A DNA stretch of 64,000 nucleotides from NCBI GenBank assembly GCA_016936595.1, contig JAFGXO010000050.1, forward strand, positions 87-64,086, in the 5' to 3' direction. Positions 47,618 through 57,762 of this stretch are shown in pieces; the first letter of the stretch is position 1, and the number at the start of each line of letters is the position of its first letter. The DNA comes from Bacteroidales bacterium (lineage in GTDB: Bacteria > Bacteroidota > Bacteroidia > Bacteroidales > JAFGUD01). A program made the translations under genes and the position numbers. The notes beneath the pieces are model-generated. The model was not told the DNA's origin and ran no database searches. It worked only from the letters and a program-made list of their open reading frames with translations.

Positions 47618-48460
47618 CTAAAAATTCCAAACATCTTCCTCTGTTTTCTTCAAATAAATTGAATCTATTCTATTAAATTTACGTTGAATAGGGCTTAAAA
47701 TACTTTCGTGTTTGCCTATAACCAACACACCGTCGGGAGTTATAGTTTCGTAAAAAAATTTAAAAATTTTATCTTGTAATTCGTGATCGAAATAAATAAG
47801 TACGTTCCGACACATAATTAAATCGAATTTAAAGCCAAATATATTACCGTCTTTAATTAAGTTATGTTTTGCAAAAATTGGTTTTTCTGCGATATAACTT
47901 TTAACTTTAACAACACCTCTTCGGGAGTTGACATCAAGATATTTATGTTTATCAAAATCAGGAAATTGAGACATAACTTTATCAAAATTCTCCCAATATT
48001 CTTCAAAATCGTGCATTCTATATTTTGCGGCACGAGCCGTTTCAAGAACATCTTCATTCAAATCAGTGCCGTAAACTTTTACTTTGTGAAACAAACCAAG
48101 TTCGTACAATAAAATTAGCATAGAATACACCTCTTGACCTGTTGAACAACCTGCATGCCAGATATTTATAGTATCTAATTTTTCAAATTTTTCTTTCATA
48201 ATAGGCACAAGTTTGTTCCAAATAGAAGGAGTTCGGAATGGCTCAGTTGTATTTACGGTTATTTCTTTAACAACATACTCTAAAAACTTGCTGTTTTTTT
48301 GCATCTTTTTCAACAAGCTATCCATAGCCATACTGTTGTCAGTTAGTATTTTTTCTAACCTGCGAGTGAAAGATTTAAGGGAATATCCTTCAAAATCATA
48401 CTCCGAAAACTGTCGTGTTTCGTCGATGAATCGTTTTACGTCTTGTGGGGCAACCTCCAT
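47618..48460 (-). CDS. CheR-type protein-glutamate O-methyltransferase
   Basis: TVNTTEPFR, IWHAGCSTGQEVYS, GTD, CRNVLIYF, G..ES. Confidence 0.88.
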   Translation of the reverse strand: MEVAPQDVKRFIDETRQFSEYDFEGYSLKSFTRRLEKILTDNSMAMDSLLKKMQKNSKFLEYVVKEITVNTTEPFRTPSIWNKLVPIMKEKFEKLDTINIWHAGCSTGQEVYSMLILLYELGLFHKVKVYGTDLNEDVLETARAAKYRMHDFEEYWENFDKVMSQFPDFDKHKYLDVNSRRGVVKVKSYIAEKPIFAKHNLIKDGNIFGFKFDLIMCRNVLIYFDHELQDKIFKFFYETITPDGVLVIGKHESILSPIQRKFNRIDSIYLKKTEEDVWNF

Positions 48461-48477
48461 ATTTATCAAAAAAAAGG

Positions 48478-50340
48478 TTAAAATTCAAAATAATTATTAC
48501 TCAAGTCTGCGTCAGGTATTTTTGATGCATCAATTTCTACTTTAACCGGAGCAACAGACATTGGAATAAAAATTTCACAAATATCTGTATTTTTCCAACA
48601 ACTTACAGGTTTATTAACTTTAATAATTTTCCCGTCGGAAGAATAAATATTCAATTCAACCGGCACAGGAATTTTGCCTTCATTAACTATAACAATATGC
48701 AAACCACCATTAAAATTAACGTCTGTTAATGCTAAATCTATTTTAGTAAAATCAAAGAAAAAAGGTTTCCAAATCCAGCTTAAATCTTCGTTTGTAAAGT
48801 TTTCAAATGTATAAAAAAAATCGTAAGGATAAGGGTGTTTATAGTGCCATTTTTGTGCAAAATTTTGCAAAGCGCCATAAAATAAGCTGTCTCCAAGATA
48901 TTCATTTAAGATATAAAATGCAAAAGCAGGCCTGTTATAGGCAATATTACGATAAGTAAAAAAGTTTTTAAAAATACTACTTGGCACCATTAAAGGTAAA
49001 TCGTCAAAATTTCCGCTAATGCGAGAGTAATTAGAAACAATATCCGGCACAGTATTACATGTTCCAAATAAATCGTCGACAGCAAAACGAGGGAAATAAC
49101 TAATCAAGCCTTCGTCCATCCAAGCATAGCGAGTTTCGCTTGTTCCGGCATAAAAAGGAAAATAAGAATGGCCTATTTCATGAGCTGTAACGTAATAAAA
49201 ATCGCATAAATCTTTTATATCGCCTTGATTAACCATCATTGGATACTCCATTCCTCCTCCTCCCTCAAAAACAGTCATTGCAGGATATGGGTAATATATA
49301 TTTGGCTTTTGGAACGAAAAATAACCAATTATTTTGCGAGAAACTTCAGCTAAAGAATGAAAATTGGCAGAAGAATCTGCGTACACCCCGTTTATTAAAA
49401 CTCGTTGAGTTCTATCGGGCATTGATATACTTGTTGCGTCCCAATTATGGCTTGCTGAGGTTGAAAAAGCAAAATCAGGAATTTTTTCGGCTTTAAAATT
49501 CCAGGTGTTTTCGGTTGTTTTTTTAAGAATCTGTCCATCAGCATAATCAATTGGAGTTAAAATATTAACAACATCGTTAGTTTTTTGAGCAGAAAGTATT
49601 TTAGCAAGATATTTTGAATTATAAACTTCGGAATAATTTTGACAAACACCCGTTGCCCATACAATGTTTGGTGCAGGCACAGTAATTGAAACATCAAAAT
49701 TTGAATGATCGTTGTAATATTCTTGAGTTCCACCAAAAATACTTTGATCCCAGCCAAAAACATCGTCGTAAACTGCAATTTGCGGATACCAATAAGCCAC
49801 CATATATGTTTTATCGCCGTATTTCCCATTTCTAATTGATGTTTTTTGAGGCATAGTAAATTCCCATTCGATATGAATGGTGGTTTCGGAATTTGGCAAT
49901 ATTGGATTAAAAACAGGAGCAAACATATTAGTACCATAAAAAGCAACCTTAGTTAAATCATAAGATTGACCATTAATTTTGAATGTTTTTATATCAATTC
50001 CATCGTGAATATCATCGGGATTTACTCTAAAATCTCTTGGATTGCTTTTTTGAAATAAGTTTTTGTACAAGCGAATTACCAAAGTATTAATACTATCGTT
50101 GCTATTATTATGATATACAACTTCCTCTGAACCTACTAATTTTCCGGTTGTAGGGTCAAAATGTACATCAATTTTATAGTCGGAGTAATTTGCAAAATAA
50201 TTATCCCCGGGAGTTCCATCGTAATTTCTATAGTTGTTTTGATATGCTCTCAAAAATTCATTTGGCATATACAATTTGCTTTGACTAAGCACATTGAAAG
50301 AAAAAAATATGACTATTATTGTAAAATAAAATCGTTTCAT
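48478..50340 (-). CDS. Exported M1 family zinc aminopeptidase
   Basis: Signal peptide, WYPQ, GGMEYP, HEIGH-x18-E (WMDEG). Confidence 0.88.
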   Translation of the reverse strand: MKRFYFTIIVIFFSFNVLSQSKLYMPNEFLRAYQNNYRNYDGTPGDNYFANYSDYKIDVHFDPTTGKLVGSEEVVYHNNSNDSINTLVIRLYKNLFQKSNPRDFRVNPDDIHDGIDIKTFKINGQSYDLTKVAFYGTNMFAPVFNPILPNSETTIHIEWEFTMPQKTSIRNGKYGDKTYMVAYWYPQIAVYDDVFGWDQSIFGGTQEYYNDHSNFDVSITVPAPNIVWATGVCQNYSEVYNSKYLAKILSAQKTNDVVNILTPIDYADGQILKKTTENTWNFKAEKIPDFAFSTSASHNWDATSISMPDRTQRVLINGVYADSSANFHSLAEVSRKIIGYFSFQKPNIYYPYPAMTVFEGGGGMEYPMMVNQGDIKDLCDFYYVTAHEIGHSYFPFYAGTSETRYAWMDEGLISYFPRFAVDDLFGTCNTVPDIVSNYSRISGNFDDLPLMVPSSIFKNFFTYRNIAYNRPAFAFYILNEYLGDSLFYGALQNFAQKWHYKHPYPYDFFYTFENFTNEDLSWIWKPFFFDFTKIDLALTDVNFNGGLHIVIVNEGKIPVPVELNIYSSDGKIIKVNKPVSCWKNTDICEIFIPMSVAPVKVEIDASKIPDADLSNNYFEF

Positions 50341-50650
50341 CAAAAAAAAATTAGTAAAAATTACATCAATCAGGTTTTTATTAATTTAAAAACATTGCAA
50401 ATATACAAATACAAATCATCATTTAATCATTTTTTTCGGATTATTTCATCGTCAAAAATATTTTTTTATTTTATTCTTCACCATAATAACAAGAAAGCAA
50501 ATTAATATAATAAGTTAAAATTGAGAAACAATTAAAAAAATCATTAATTAACTAAATAGTAAAGCTTTATGGGTATCAAAAAAACCAATTATTAATTTAA
50601 TATAAACATAATTAGCACTAATTTTACACAATATTTTGTTTATAGGTCAT

Positions 50651-51160
50651 CTAATTTTTAAAATCGTCAATATTCCATTTATTTTGAATTTTCATTACTT
50701 GTTCAATAATGTCTCTCACACAACCGTCGCCACCTTTTTTATCGGAAATATAATCTGCAATTTCAAGCACTTCATTTGCAGCGTCGGCAGGACATGCAGA
50801 AAACCCTACAGCATTTAAAGTTTCAAAATCGGGTAAATCATCACCCATATACAAAACATCTTCGGTTGAAAGAGAATATTTAGCACAAAAATCTTCTAAA
50901 GCTTCAATCTTAAATTGCTGACTAAGATAAACATCTGAAACGCCAATATCATTAAATTTTTTCTTGACAATTTTGGAACCACCACCGGTTATAATTCCGG
51001 TGTAAAAACCCTTTTTAACAGCATAATTCAGCGCAAACCCATCTTTGGCATTTATTGGTTTATGAACGTCTTCGGCAACAACAAAATAATCGCCTGTAAA
51101 AACTCCTTCTACATCAAAAAGTAAAGCTTTTACGGTTTTTAACCTTTTTCGGTAGTTCAT
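50651..51160 (-). CDS. kdsC: KdsC-type HAD phosphatase (3-deoxy-D-manno-octulosonate 8-phosphate phosphatase family)
   Basis: FDVEGVFT (DxE variant of DxD), KDG, IITGG, MGDDLPD, GG.GCVR. Confidence 0.8.
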   Translation of the reverse strand: MNYRKRLKTVKALLFDVEGVFTGDYFVVAEDVHKPINAKDGFALNYAVKKGFYTGIITGGGSKIVKKKFNDIGVSDVYLSQQFKIEALEDFCAKYSLSTEDVLYMGDDLPDFETLNAVGFSACPADAANEVLEIADYISDKKGGDGCVRDIIEQVMKIQNKWNIDDFKN

Positions 51161-52329
51161 TTTTTCTTGATTTTGCCTATTGCAACAACTTGCACTTTAG
51201 TATCAGGGTCAACTTCTTCTAAGATAGTATATCCTTCTTCGTCAGTTATTTTTTCAACTGTTTTATTGTTGTACTTAATTTTAACTTTTGCGTTAGGAAC
51301 AACTTCACCTTTATTATCAATTACTTTAAAACGCATATTATAAGTTGGCGGAATGGGCTCTTCAACAACTTCTTCTTCAGGGATTTCAATTTTTAAAACA
51401 TATTCTTTTTTATGCTCACTTATAAAACGATGTTCAAAAACTCTGTTTTCTTCAACTGTTTGATAGGCAACAACTTCCTCTCCCTCTTTTACAGAATTTA
51501 GAATAAACTCTCCATTTGCATCAGAGGTTAAAGTTGTAGTTTGTTCTTCATATTCAAAAATAAAAGTTTGATTTGGAACAGGGTTATTATGCTGATTAAG
51601 AACAATAAAAGGCATATTTACTTTTCTAACAGCAGTCAAAGTATATCTTCCGTTTTCATAACAAGAAAACGACTGAGGATTTATTATCTCTTCGCCATCT
51701 TTTTGATAAGCTTTTACATCATCATCAACTTTTACTTCTTCAAGTCTTATTTTTGCATCTGCATCGGAAATATGAGTTTGAGTTTGACCTTCAAATTCAA
51801 AAAAGAATTTTTCGTTTGGAGCAGGAACTTTGTCGTCGTACTCAACTAAAAACAACATATCCACACGTTTAACGTTTATTATTTTTGCAAGAAGTCCAAG
51901 CTCCGAACCCGGAATATCCGATACAAATCCCCATTCGGTAAGCACAACTTTATCCTCTCCGTCGCCACGAACAAAAAAAACATTATTCATTGAAGGAATT
52001 TCGATGCAATTAAAAATAAACTCGGTTAATTCAGTTGTTTCAAATTGTTTTGCCGCACTTAAAATTGTTTGAATAGATTTTGTGAGCAATTTTTTTGCAA
52101 TAGCCTGATCAGTAGGAGACAGTTTACTAAAATTAACTACTGACCCTTTATGCTCGGTACTCCAAATAATTGAGTTTGTATCTTCAACAAATACAGGATC
52201 TGCAAAAATTAAATATTCTTTTCCTTCGGGAAAAGTTCTTTTGATTTGGTTATAACGACTTTTTACGGTGGAAGGACTGCCAAATATATATCTGACATTT
52301 TCAACTTTATTTTGACTAACAACTGCCAT
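51157..52329 (-). CDS. Hypothetical protein: SrfA-like N-terminal domain plus three Ig-like (carboxypeptidase-regulatory-like) repeats
   Basis: IFADP..IIWS...IEIP..NVFFV..VVLTEWGF. Three repeats of M.F.V....P.PN.......T..SD..G...L..V. No signal peptide. Confidence 0.6.
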   Translation of the reverse strand: MAVVSQNKVENVRYIFGSPSTVKSRYNQIKRTFPEGKEYLIFADPVFVEDTNSIIWSTEHKGSVVNFSKLSPTDQAIAKKLLTKSIQTILSAAKQFETTELTEFIFNCIEIPSMNNVFFVRGDGEDKVVLTEWGFVSDIPGSELGLLAKIINVKRVDMLFLVEYDDKVPAPNEKFFFEFEGQTQTHISDADAKIRLEEVKVDDDVKAYQKDGEEIINPQSFSCYENGRYTLTAVRKVNMPFIVLNQHNNPVPNQTFIFEYEEQTTTLTSDANGEFILNSVKEGEEVVAYQTVEENRVFEHRFISEHKKEYVLKIEIPEEEVVEEPIPPTYNMRFKVIDNKGEVVPNAKVKIKYNNKTVEKITDEEGYTILEEVDPDTKVQVVAIGKIKKK

Positions 52330-52452
52330 GATTGTTGTTTTATTGATTAAACACTTTTTTTAATTATATTAATATTCATCAAAATAGAAAATATTGTATT
52401 GATGAAATTATTTTCACAAAAATAACAATTTTTTAATTATAAAACAACCTCT

Positions 52453-53919
52453 TTAAATTGAAGGTGTTTGATTTTGAACAAATCTGTTATATTCCAACAT
52501 TAAAGCTTTGTAAAACATTTGGGCAACTATATTTGCTCCATTTGGTGTAAAATGAATAAAATCTTTTTCTGCCAAGGGTGGATCATTAAAAACCCAGCTT
52601 GGCATTGAATTTTGTCCGCCCATTGCTTCGAACATATTCCAAAAAACACAACCATTATTTAATGCCATAATACGCATTTGTTCAACTAAATAGGGTAAAT
52701 TTTTACGTGTAACATAATTGTTTTTTTCTTTTTCCGACATATCTGCCGGTCCTATTACAATTATTTGAGCATTAGGAGCTAAACCTTTTAAATAGTTAAT
52801 TTGGTTTTTATAATAACTCATATAAGCTCTTATACCGGAACTATCTCTGGATATTGCGTTACCGCCAAATTGCATAATAATTAACCTTACATTCATTGAT
52901 GCGTATATTTTTGCAGACAAACTAAAATCATTTCTGCCAAAAAAGAGCCCTGATGAACCTCTTACCGGTATATTATCTACTATTACTCCGGTATTACTTT
53001 CGAAAGAATATCCGTAAATTTCGGGACTTGAAGTTCCTATGTATTCAAATTTTATGTTTTCGGGATTATCAAACTCAAAAGTTTTTATTTGCAAATTTTG
53101 ATTTGCAGCCAAAACCTCAGTATTTACAAGAGCTTCATCAGTATAAACATTCAATACTAAATCAGTTGAATTATAACCATAATAAAGCTTAACTATTTTA
53201 AATTTGCGAACATTTTGCCTTGCAACTACAGATTTTTCAAATTTTATCCAAGCTGTTTGTTCGGTAAACGAAGAATCATGAATATCAATAAAAGTTGTAA
53301 AAGCAGTGCTAATTCCATATCGTTTGTGAAGTATTGTGGTGTCAACTCTCGGGAACATAGTGTATCTATTCCAATTAGAAGAATAAGAAACAACTAAAGG
53401 TTGTTTAAAATTAAAAGCCTGTATTCCTTGATGAAAACCACTACCAAAACCTCCAAAAGCTGCTTGAAGTTTTGCTCTGATATATGAAGTCATTCTATCT
53501 ACTTCAATTTGGGAATCGCCGTAATGCAAAATATGAATTTTATCAATAACACTATTCAATGAACCTAAAGTTGCAAAAAAAGCATCAAGCAAAGTATCTT
53601 GATTTTCCGGAAATTCTAAAATTTGCAAATTACTATCAACACTAATTTGCACAGGTTTATAAACTATCTGAACCGAATCAATATACATTGTGTCAAACAA
53701 GTCCTCTTCAACAAAAACAACAGTATCTTCAACTTGGTTGTTTTCAACTATCTGACTAATATTTTTTCGTTGCACAGGCGTCCAAAAATCGTCCCAAGTT
53801 TCAAACTGTAGGGTGAAATTATTTGTAATTTTTATTCCATCTGCAGGAAAAAAAAACATAATTATCGACAATCCGGCAATAACTGATAAAAAAAATAAAA
53901 GAATCTTAAATGGTTTCAT
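52453..53919 (-). CDS. Membrane-anchored SGNH/GDSL protein (cell-surface O-acetyltransferase/esterase-like)
   Basis: N-terminal TM, LHYGDSQIE, RGSSG, QFGGN, AMGG, DFIHFT. Confidence 0.75.
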   Translation of the reverse strand: MKPFKILLFFLSVIAGLSIIMFFFPADGIKITNNFTLQFETWDDFWTPVQRKNISQIVENNQVEDTVVFVEEDLFDTMYIDSVQIVYKPVQISVDSNLQILEFPENQDTLLDAFFATLGSLNSVIDKIHILHYGDSQIEVDRMTSYIRAKLQAAFGGFGSGFHQGIQAFNFKQPLVVSYSSNWNRYTMFPRVDTTILHKRYGISTAFTTFIDIHDSSFTEQTAWIKFEKSVVARQNVRKFKIVKLYYGYNSTDLVLNVYTDEALVNTEVLAANQNLQIKTFEFDNPENIKFEYIGTSSPEIYGYSFESNTGVIVDNIPVRGSSGLFFGRNDFSLSAKIYASMNVRLIIMQFGGNAISRDSSGIRAYMSYYKNQINYLKGLAPNAQIIVIGPADMSEKEKNNYVTRKNLPYLVEQMRIMALNNGCVFWNMFEAMGGQNSMPSWVFNDPPLAEKDFIHFTPNGANIVAQMFYKALMLEYNRFVQNQTPSI

Positions 53920-54273
53920 TGGTTTATTATAATTTGCAAAATTATTAAATATTATTGAAATTTTAAATTATTGGGCTTTAAAAACCATAAAATAATTATT
54001 TCCTAACAATTATCGTTGATCATCAATTTTTTCACTTTTAAAACGCTTATACTTATATTACAGCAATTATTATTCACTAAAATAAAACTTACAGAAAATA
54101 TACATGGCAAAAACACCATCAAATATTGAAATTACCGAATATGTTTAAATGTTTTTTTGTGTAAAATCCATTCTAAAAAACATAACTTCACATTGAAACC
54201 GCCAAAGAACAAATTAAACAAAAAAAAGCAATAAAACATTTTTTTTAAAAGCTTATTTTAAAATAGATATGCG

Positions 54274-54281
54274 TAATTTTG
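54274..54281 (+). promoter_or_regulatory. Bacteroidota -7 element (TAATTTTG)
   Basis: Consensus match 19 nt before the ATG at 54301. Confidence 0.5.
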
Positions 54282-54300
54282 CAGCTATTATTAACCTGCA

Positions 54301-56748
54301 ATGAACAGAACATTTTTAACATATTTATTGTTTATAATAATCTCTTTACATAGTTTTGGGCAAGCGAGTAGGATTATAAATATTGAACACTCCGATGAAA
54401 AAATTAAAATTGATGGATTTTTAAATGAACCTATTTGGGAAAATACACAGGGCGACTCAAACTTTATTCAATTTGAACCCTATAATAAACAAACCCCGTC
54501 AGAAAAAACAATAGTTAAAGTAATATTTGATAATAATGCACTATACATTAGCTCTGAATGTAAAATAAATAAGAAAGAAAATATATTTAACATCTTATCA
54601 AAAAGAGATGATTTTGGACAAGCAGATTATTTTGGTTTTTATATAGATCCATATAACACAGGAATAACAGGTTACGGTTTTTTTGTTACAGCTGCAGGAG
54701 TACAAATTGATTTGAAAATTGACGGAACCTCTGAAAACAAAAACTGGGACGCTGTTTGGTATTCGAGCGTTAATATTACAGATACAGCCTATTTTATTGA
54801 AATGAAAATACCCTACTCTGCCTTTAGGTTTCCTAAAAAACAAAAACAAAATCAAAACTGGAATATCAATTTTTATAGGAACATTCAAAAAAACAGAGAA
54901 ATTGCAACGTGGAATTATGTAGATAACTCTAAAAACGGTATTTTAAACCAAATGGGTAAAATTAAGGGAATTGGGGGAATTAACCCTCCACTTAGAATAT
55001 CCCTTATGCCTTATGTTTCGGCATACGGTCAACGATATGCAGGAATTAAACAAATTGGCAAAACTTATAGCGGTGGCTTGGATTTAAAATATGGAATAAA
55101 CGAAAGTTTTACTCTTGATGTTATGCTTATTCCTGATTACAATCAAATACAATCTGACGATCAGGAATTAAATCTTTCACCTTACGAAACTTATTACGAT
55201 GACAAAAGATATTTTTTTACCGAAGGTACTGAAATTTTTAATAAAGGTGATATTTTTTACTCTCGTAGAATAGGTAAAACACCGACTCAATATTCCGACA
55301 TACCCAACAAGCTAAACGAAAACGAAATAATATTAACAAATCCTCAACAAACTCAAATTTATAACGCAACTAAATTTTCCGGAAAAACCAATAAAGGTTT
55401 TGGCATAGGCTTTTTAAACGCCTTTACTGGAACAACTTATGCCGAAATTATAGACACATTAATCAACCGTAACAGAACTATTATTACCGAACCTTTTTCA
55501 AATTATAATGTTATTGCTCTTAATCAGCCATTAAAAAACAATTCATATTTTAGCCTAACTAACACAAATTTCTCTTCTTTTGGCCGAAATTATTATTCTA
55601 ATGTAACTGCTCAAGAAGCATATTTAAAAAACGCAAATAATAGTTGGGCTGTTTTTCAAAGATTTTCGTTAAGCAATATTTTTAATGATACTTTAGAAAC
55701 AGAAAGAGGTTATGCATACAGAATTTCGGCTTACAAAACAAGCGGAAACTTTAGAGTAAATGTTACTCAACTGGTGTACAGCAACAAATATAACCCTAAT
55801 GACTTAGGATACCTTAAACAAAACAATATTATAACAAACTCGTTATCAGTTAATTACAACACATACAAACCCACTAAAAACTTTTTATTATGGCGTAATT
55901 CAATTATTATTTCTCAAAAAAGTTTATACGACAGCTTAAGTTATATTGGAACTACTATAACCTTTTCATCAAGCACTAAATTAAAAAACAACTTAACTAT
56001 TGGCTCATCTTTAAATATTTCTCCCTTTGAAGAATATGATTATTTTGAGCCTCGAGTAGATGAAAAGTTTTTTTCAAAGGAGCCTTATAAAAATTTTAAC
56101 TTTTGGCTTTCTTCAAACTATTCAAACTCTTTTGCTTTTGATTTTAGAACAACATACTCAAGATCAAGAATTAGTGAACAAAAACAAAATGGTTTTTCTT
56201 TTTTGTTTTCACCAAGAATAAGACTCTCAAACAACGCTCTTTTTGTTTTTTCAAACAACATTGAATACAAATTTAAAGACGTTGGATATGTTGGAAAAAC
56301 AGCTTCGGAAGATTCAGTTTTTTTCGGGAAAAGAGACATCAGATATGTTGCAAATAATTTAGAATTTGATTATGTTTTTTCAAAAGACATTTCTATAAAT
56401 TTAAAAATGCGTCATTACTGGTCAATTATCGACTACTTTGAATATTTCACTTTGGGCAAAAACGGAAAACTTTATCCTCTCAGATACAGTTATCATTATG
56501 TTTCCAATAATGACCTAAACTACAATATTTTAACCGTTGATTTAGTTTTTAAGTGGATTTTTATGCCCGGAAGTGAATTATCTTTAGTTTACAAAAAACA
56601 AATAATATCAAACACAAACAATTTAATTTATGATTACTATGATAATTTTGAAAATATGTATTTTTTTTCACCTCGATTAAATAGTATTTCTTTTAAAATG
56701 ATATTTTATCTTGATTATAATTTGTTGTTCACCAAAAAAAGCCTATAA
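54301..56748 (+). CDS. DUF5916-type outer-membrane protein with N-terminal CBM9/DOMON-like domain
   Basis: IKIDGFLNE..W, WDAVW.S, EMKIP, PDYNQ..D, FYSRRIG, aromatic-rich barrel C-terminus. Confidence 0.75.
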   Translation: MNRTFLTYLLFIIISLHSFGQASRIINIEHSDEKIKIDGFLNEPIWENTQGDSNFIQFEPYNKQTPSEKTIVKVIFDNNALYISSECKINKKENIFNILSKRDDFGQADYFGFYIDPYNTGITGYGFFVTAAGVQIDLKIDGTSENKNWDAVWYSSVNITDTAYFIEMKIPYSAFRFPKKQKQNQNWNINFYRNIQKNREIATWNYVDNSKNGILNQMGKIKGIGGINPPLRISLMPYVSAYGQRYAGIKQIGKTYSGGLDLKYGINESFTLDVMLIPDYNQIQSDDQELNLSPYETYYDDKRYFFTEGTEIFNKGDIFYSRRIGKTPTQYSDIPNKLNENEIILTNPQQTQIYNATKFSGKTNKGFGIGFLNAFTGTTYAEIIDTLINRNRTIITEPFSNYNVIALNQPLKNNSYFSLTNTNFSSFGRNYYSNVTAQEAYLKNANNSWAVFQRFSLSNIFNDTLETERGYAYRISAYKTSGNFRVNVTQLVYSNKYNPNDLGYLKQNNIITNSLSVNYNTYKPTKNFLLWRNSIIISQKSLYDSLSYIGTTITFSSSTKLKNNLTIGSSLNISPFEEYDYFEPRVDEKFFSKEPYKNFNFWLSSNYSNSFAFDFRTTYSRSRISEQKQNGFSFLFSPRIRLSNNALFVFSNNIEYKFKDVGYVGKTASEDSVFFGKRDIRYVANNLEFDYVFSKDISINLKMRHYWSIIDYFEYFTLGKNGKLYPLRYSYHYVSNNDLNYNILTVDLVFKWIFMPGSELSLVYKKQIISNTNNLIYDYYDNFENMYFFSPRLNSISFKMIFYLDYNLLFTKKSL

Positions 56749-56772
56749 TTACGCTCTAATATTCTTGATATT

Positions 56773-57723
56773 ATGGATTTTTCGACACTAAAAGAAACAA
56801 AATACAATTTAATAACAATCTTAGGAGCTACTGCCGCAGGAAAAACATCATTAGCTGCTCATCTTGCAAATAATTTAAGCTCCGAAATTATTAGTGCTGA
56901 CTCAAGGCAAGTTTATAGAGGTATGGATTTAGGAACCGGAAAAGATATTGACGATTACACTATTTTCGACAAAAAAATTAAATATCATTTGATTGATATT
57001 GTAGATGCCGGCAAAAAATACAATCTATTTCAATATCAAAAAGATTTTTTTAAGGTTTTTAATGAAATTTCAAAAAACAACATTTTGCCTATAATGTGCG
57101 GAGGCACAGGTTTATACATTGATGCAATTGTTAAAAATTACGAACTACTCGAAGTCCCTCCAAATATTGAACTTAGAAAAAAAATTGAACATAAAACACT
57201 CGAAGAATTAAAAATTATGCTCTCGGAGCTAAAAAAACTTCACAATGTAAGTGATGTTGACACTAAAAAACGAGCAATTAGAGCTATTGAAATTGAACTC
57301 TTTAAAAAAAACAATGTTGAACTAAAATCAAATTTCACAACAATAAATTCAATAAATTTTGGCGTAAAATTCGACAGATCTATTCTAAAAGAAAGAATTA
57401 CAAAACGACTAAAAGAACGGCTTGAAAATGGAATGATTGATGAAGTAAATGCTCTTTTGCAAAAAGGAGTTTCGTCAGACACATTAATATATTACGGGTT
57501 AGAGTATAAATATATTACTCTATTTCTTTTAAACAAGCTCAATTACGATGAATTATTTAATAAGCTGAATATCGCTATTCATCAATTTTCAAAAAGACAA
57601 ACCACATGGTTTAGGCGAATGGAAAAACAAGGAGTTGAAATAAACTGGATAGATGGTGAAATTCCGTTAAACAAAAAATTAAATATAATTACAGAGATAT
57701 TAAATAAAAAAATGCAGCTCTGA
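56773..57723 (+). CDS. miaA: tRNA dimethylallyltransferase
   Basis: GATAAGKT, SADSRQVYRGMDLGTGK, CGGTGLY, KRQTTWFR. Confidence 0.93.
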   Translation: MDFSTLKETKYNLITILGATAAGKTSLAAHLANNLSSEIISADSRQVYRGMDLGTGKDIDDYTIFDKKIKYHLIDIVDAGKKYNLFQYQKDFFKVFNEISKNNILPIMCGGTGLYIDAIVKNYELLEVPPNIELRKKIEHKTLEELKIMLSELKKLHNVSDVDTKKRAIRAIEIELFKKNNVELKSNFTTINSINFGVKFDRSILKERITKRLKERLENGMIDEVNALLQKGVSSDTLIYYGLEYKYITLFLLNKLNYDELFNKLNIAIHQFSKRQTTWFRRMEKQGVEINWIDGEIPLNKKLNIITEILNKKMQL

Positions 57724-57741
57724 AAACAGTCTGCATTTTTT
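57706..57741. terminator. Bidirectional terminator overlapping the miaA stop
   Basis: aaaaaatgcag...ctgcatttttt between convergent genes. Confidence 0.7.
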
Positions 57742-57762
57742 AGTTTTGTATATTCCAAAACT

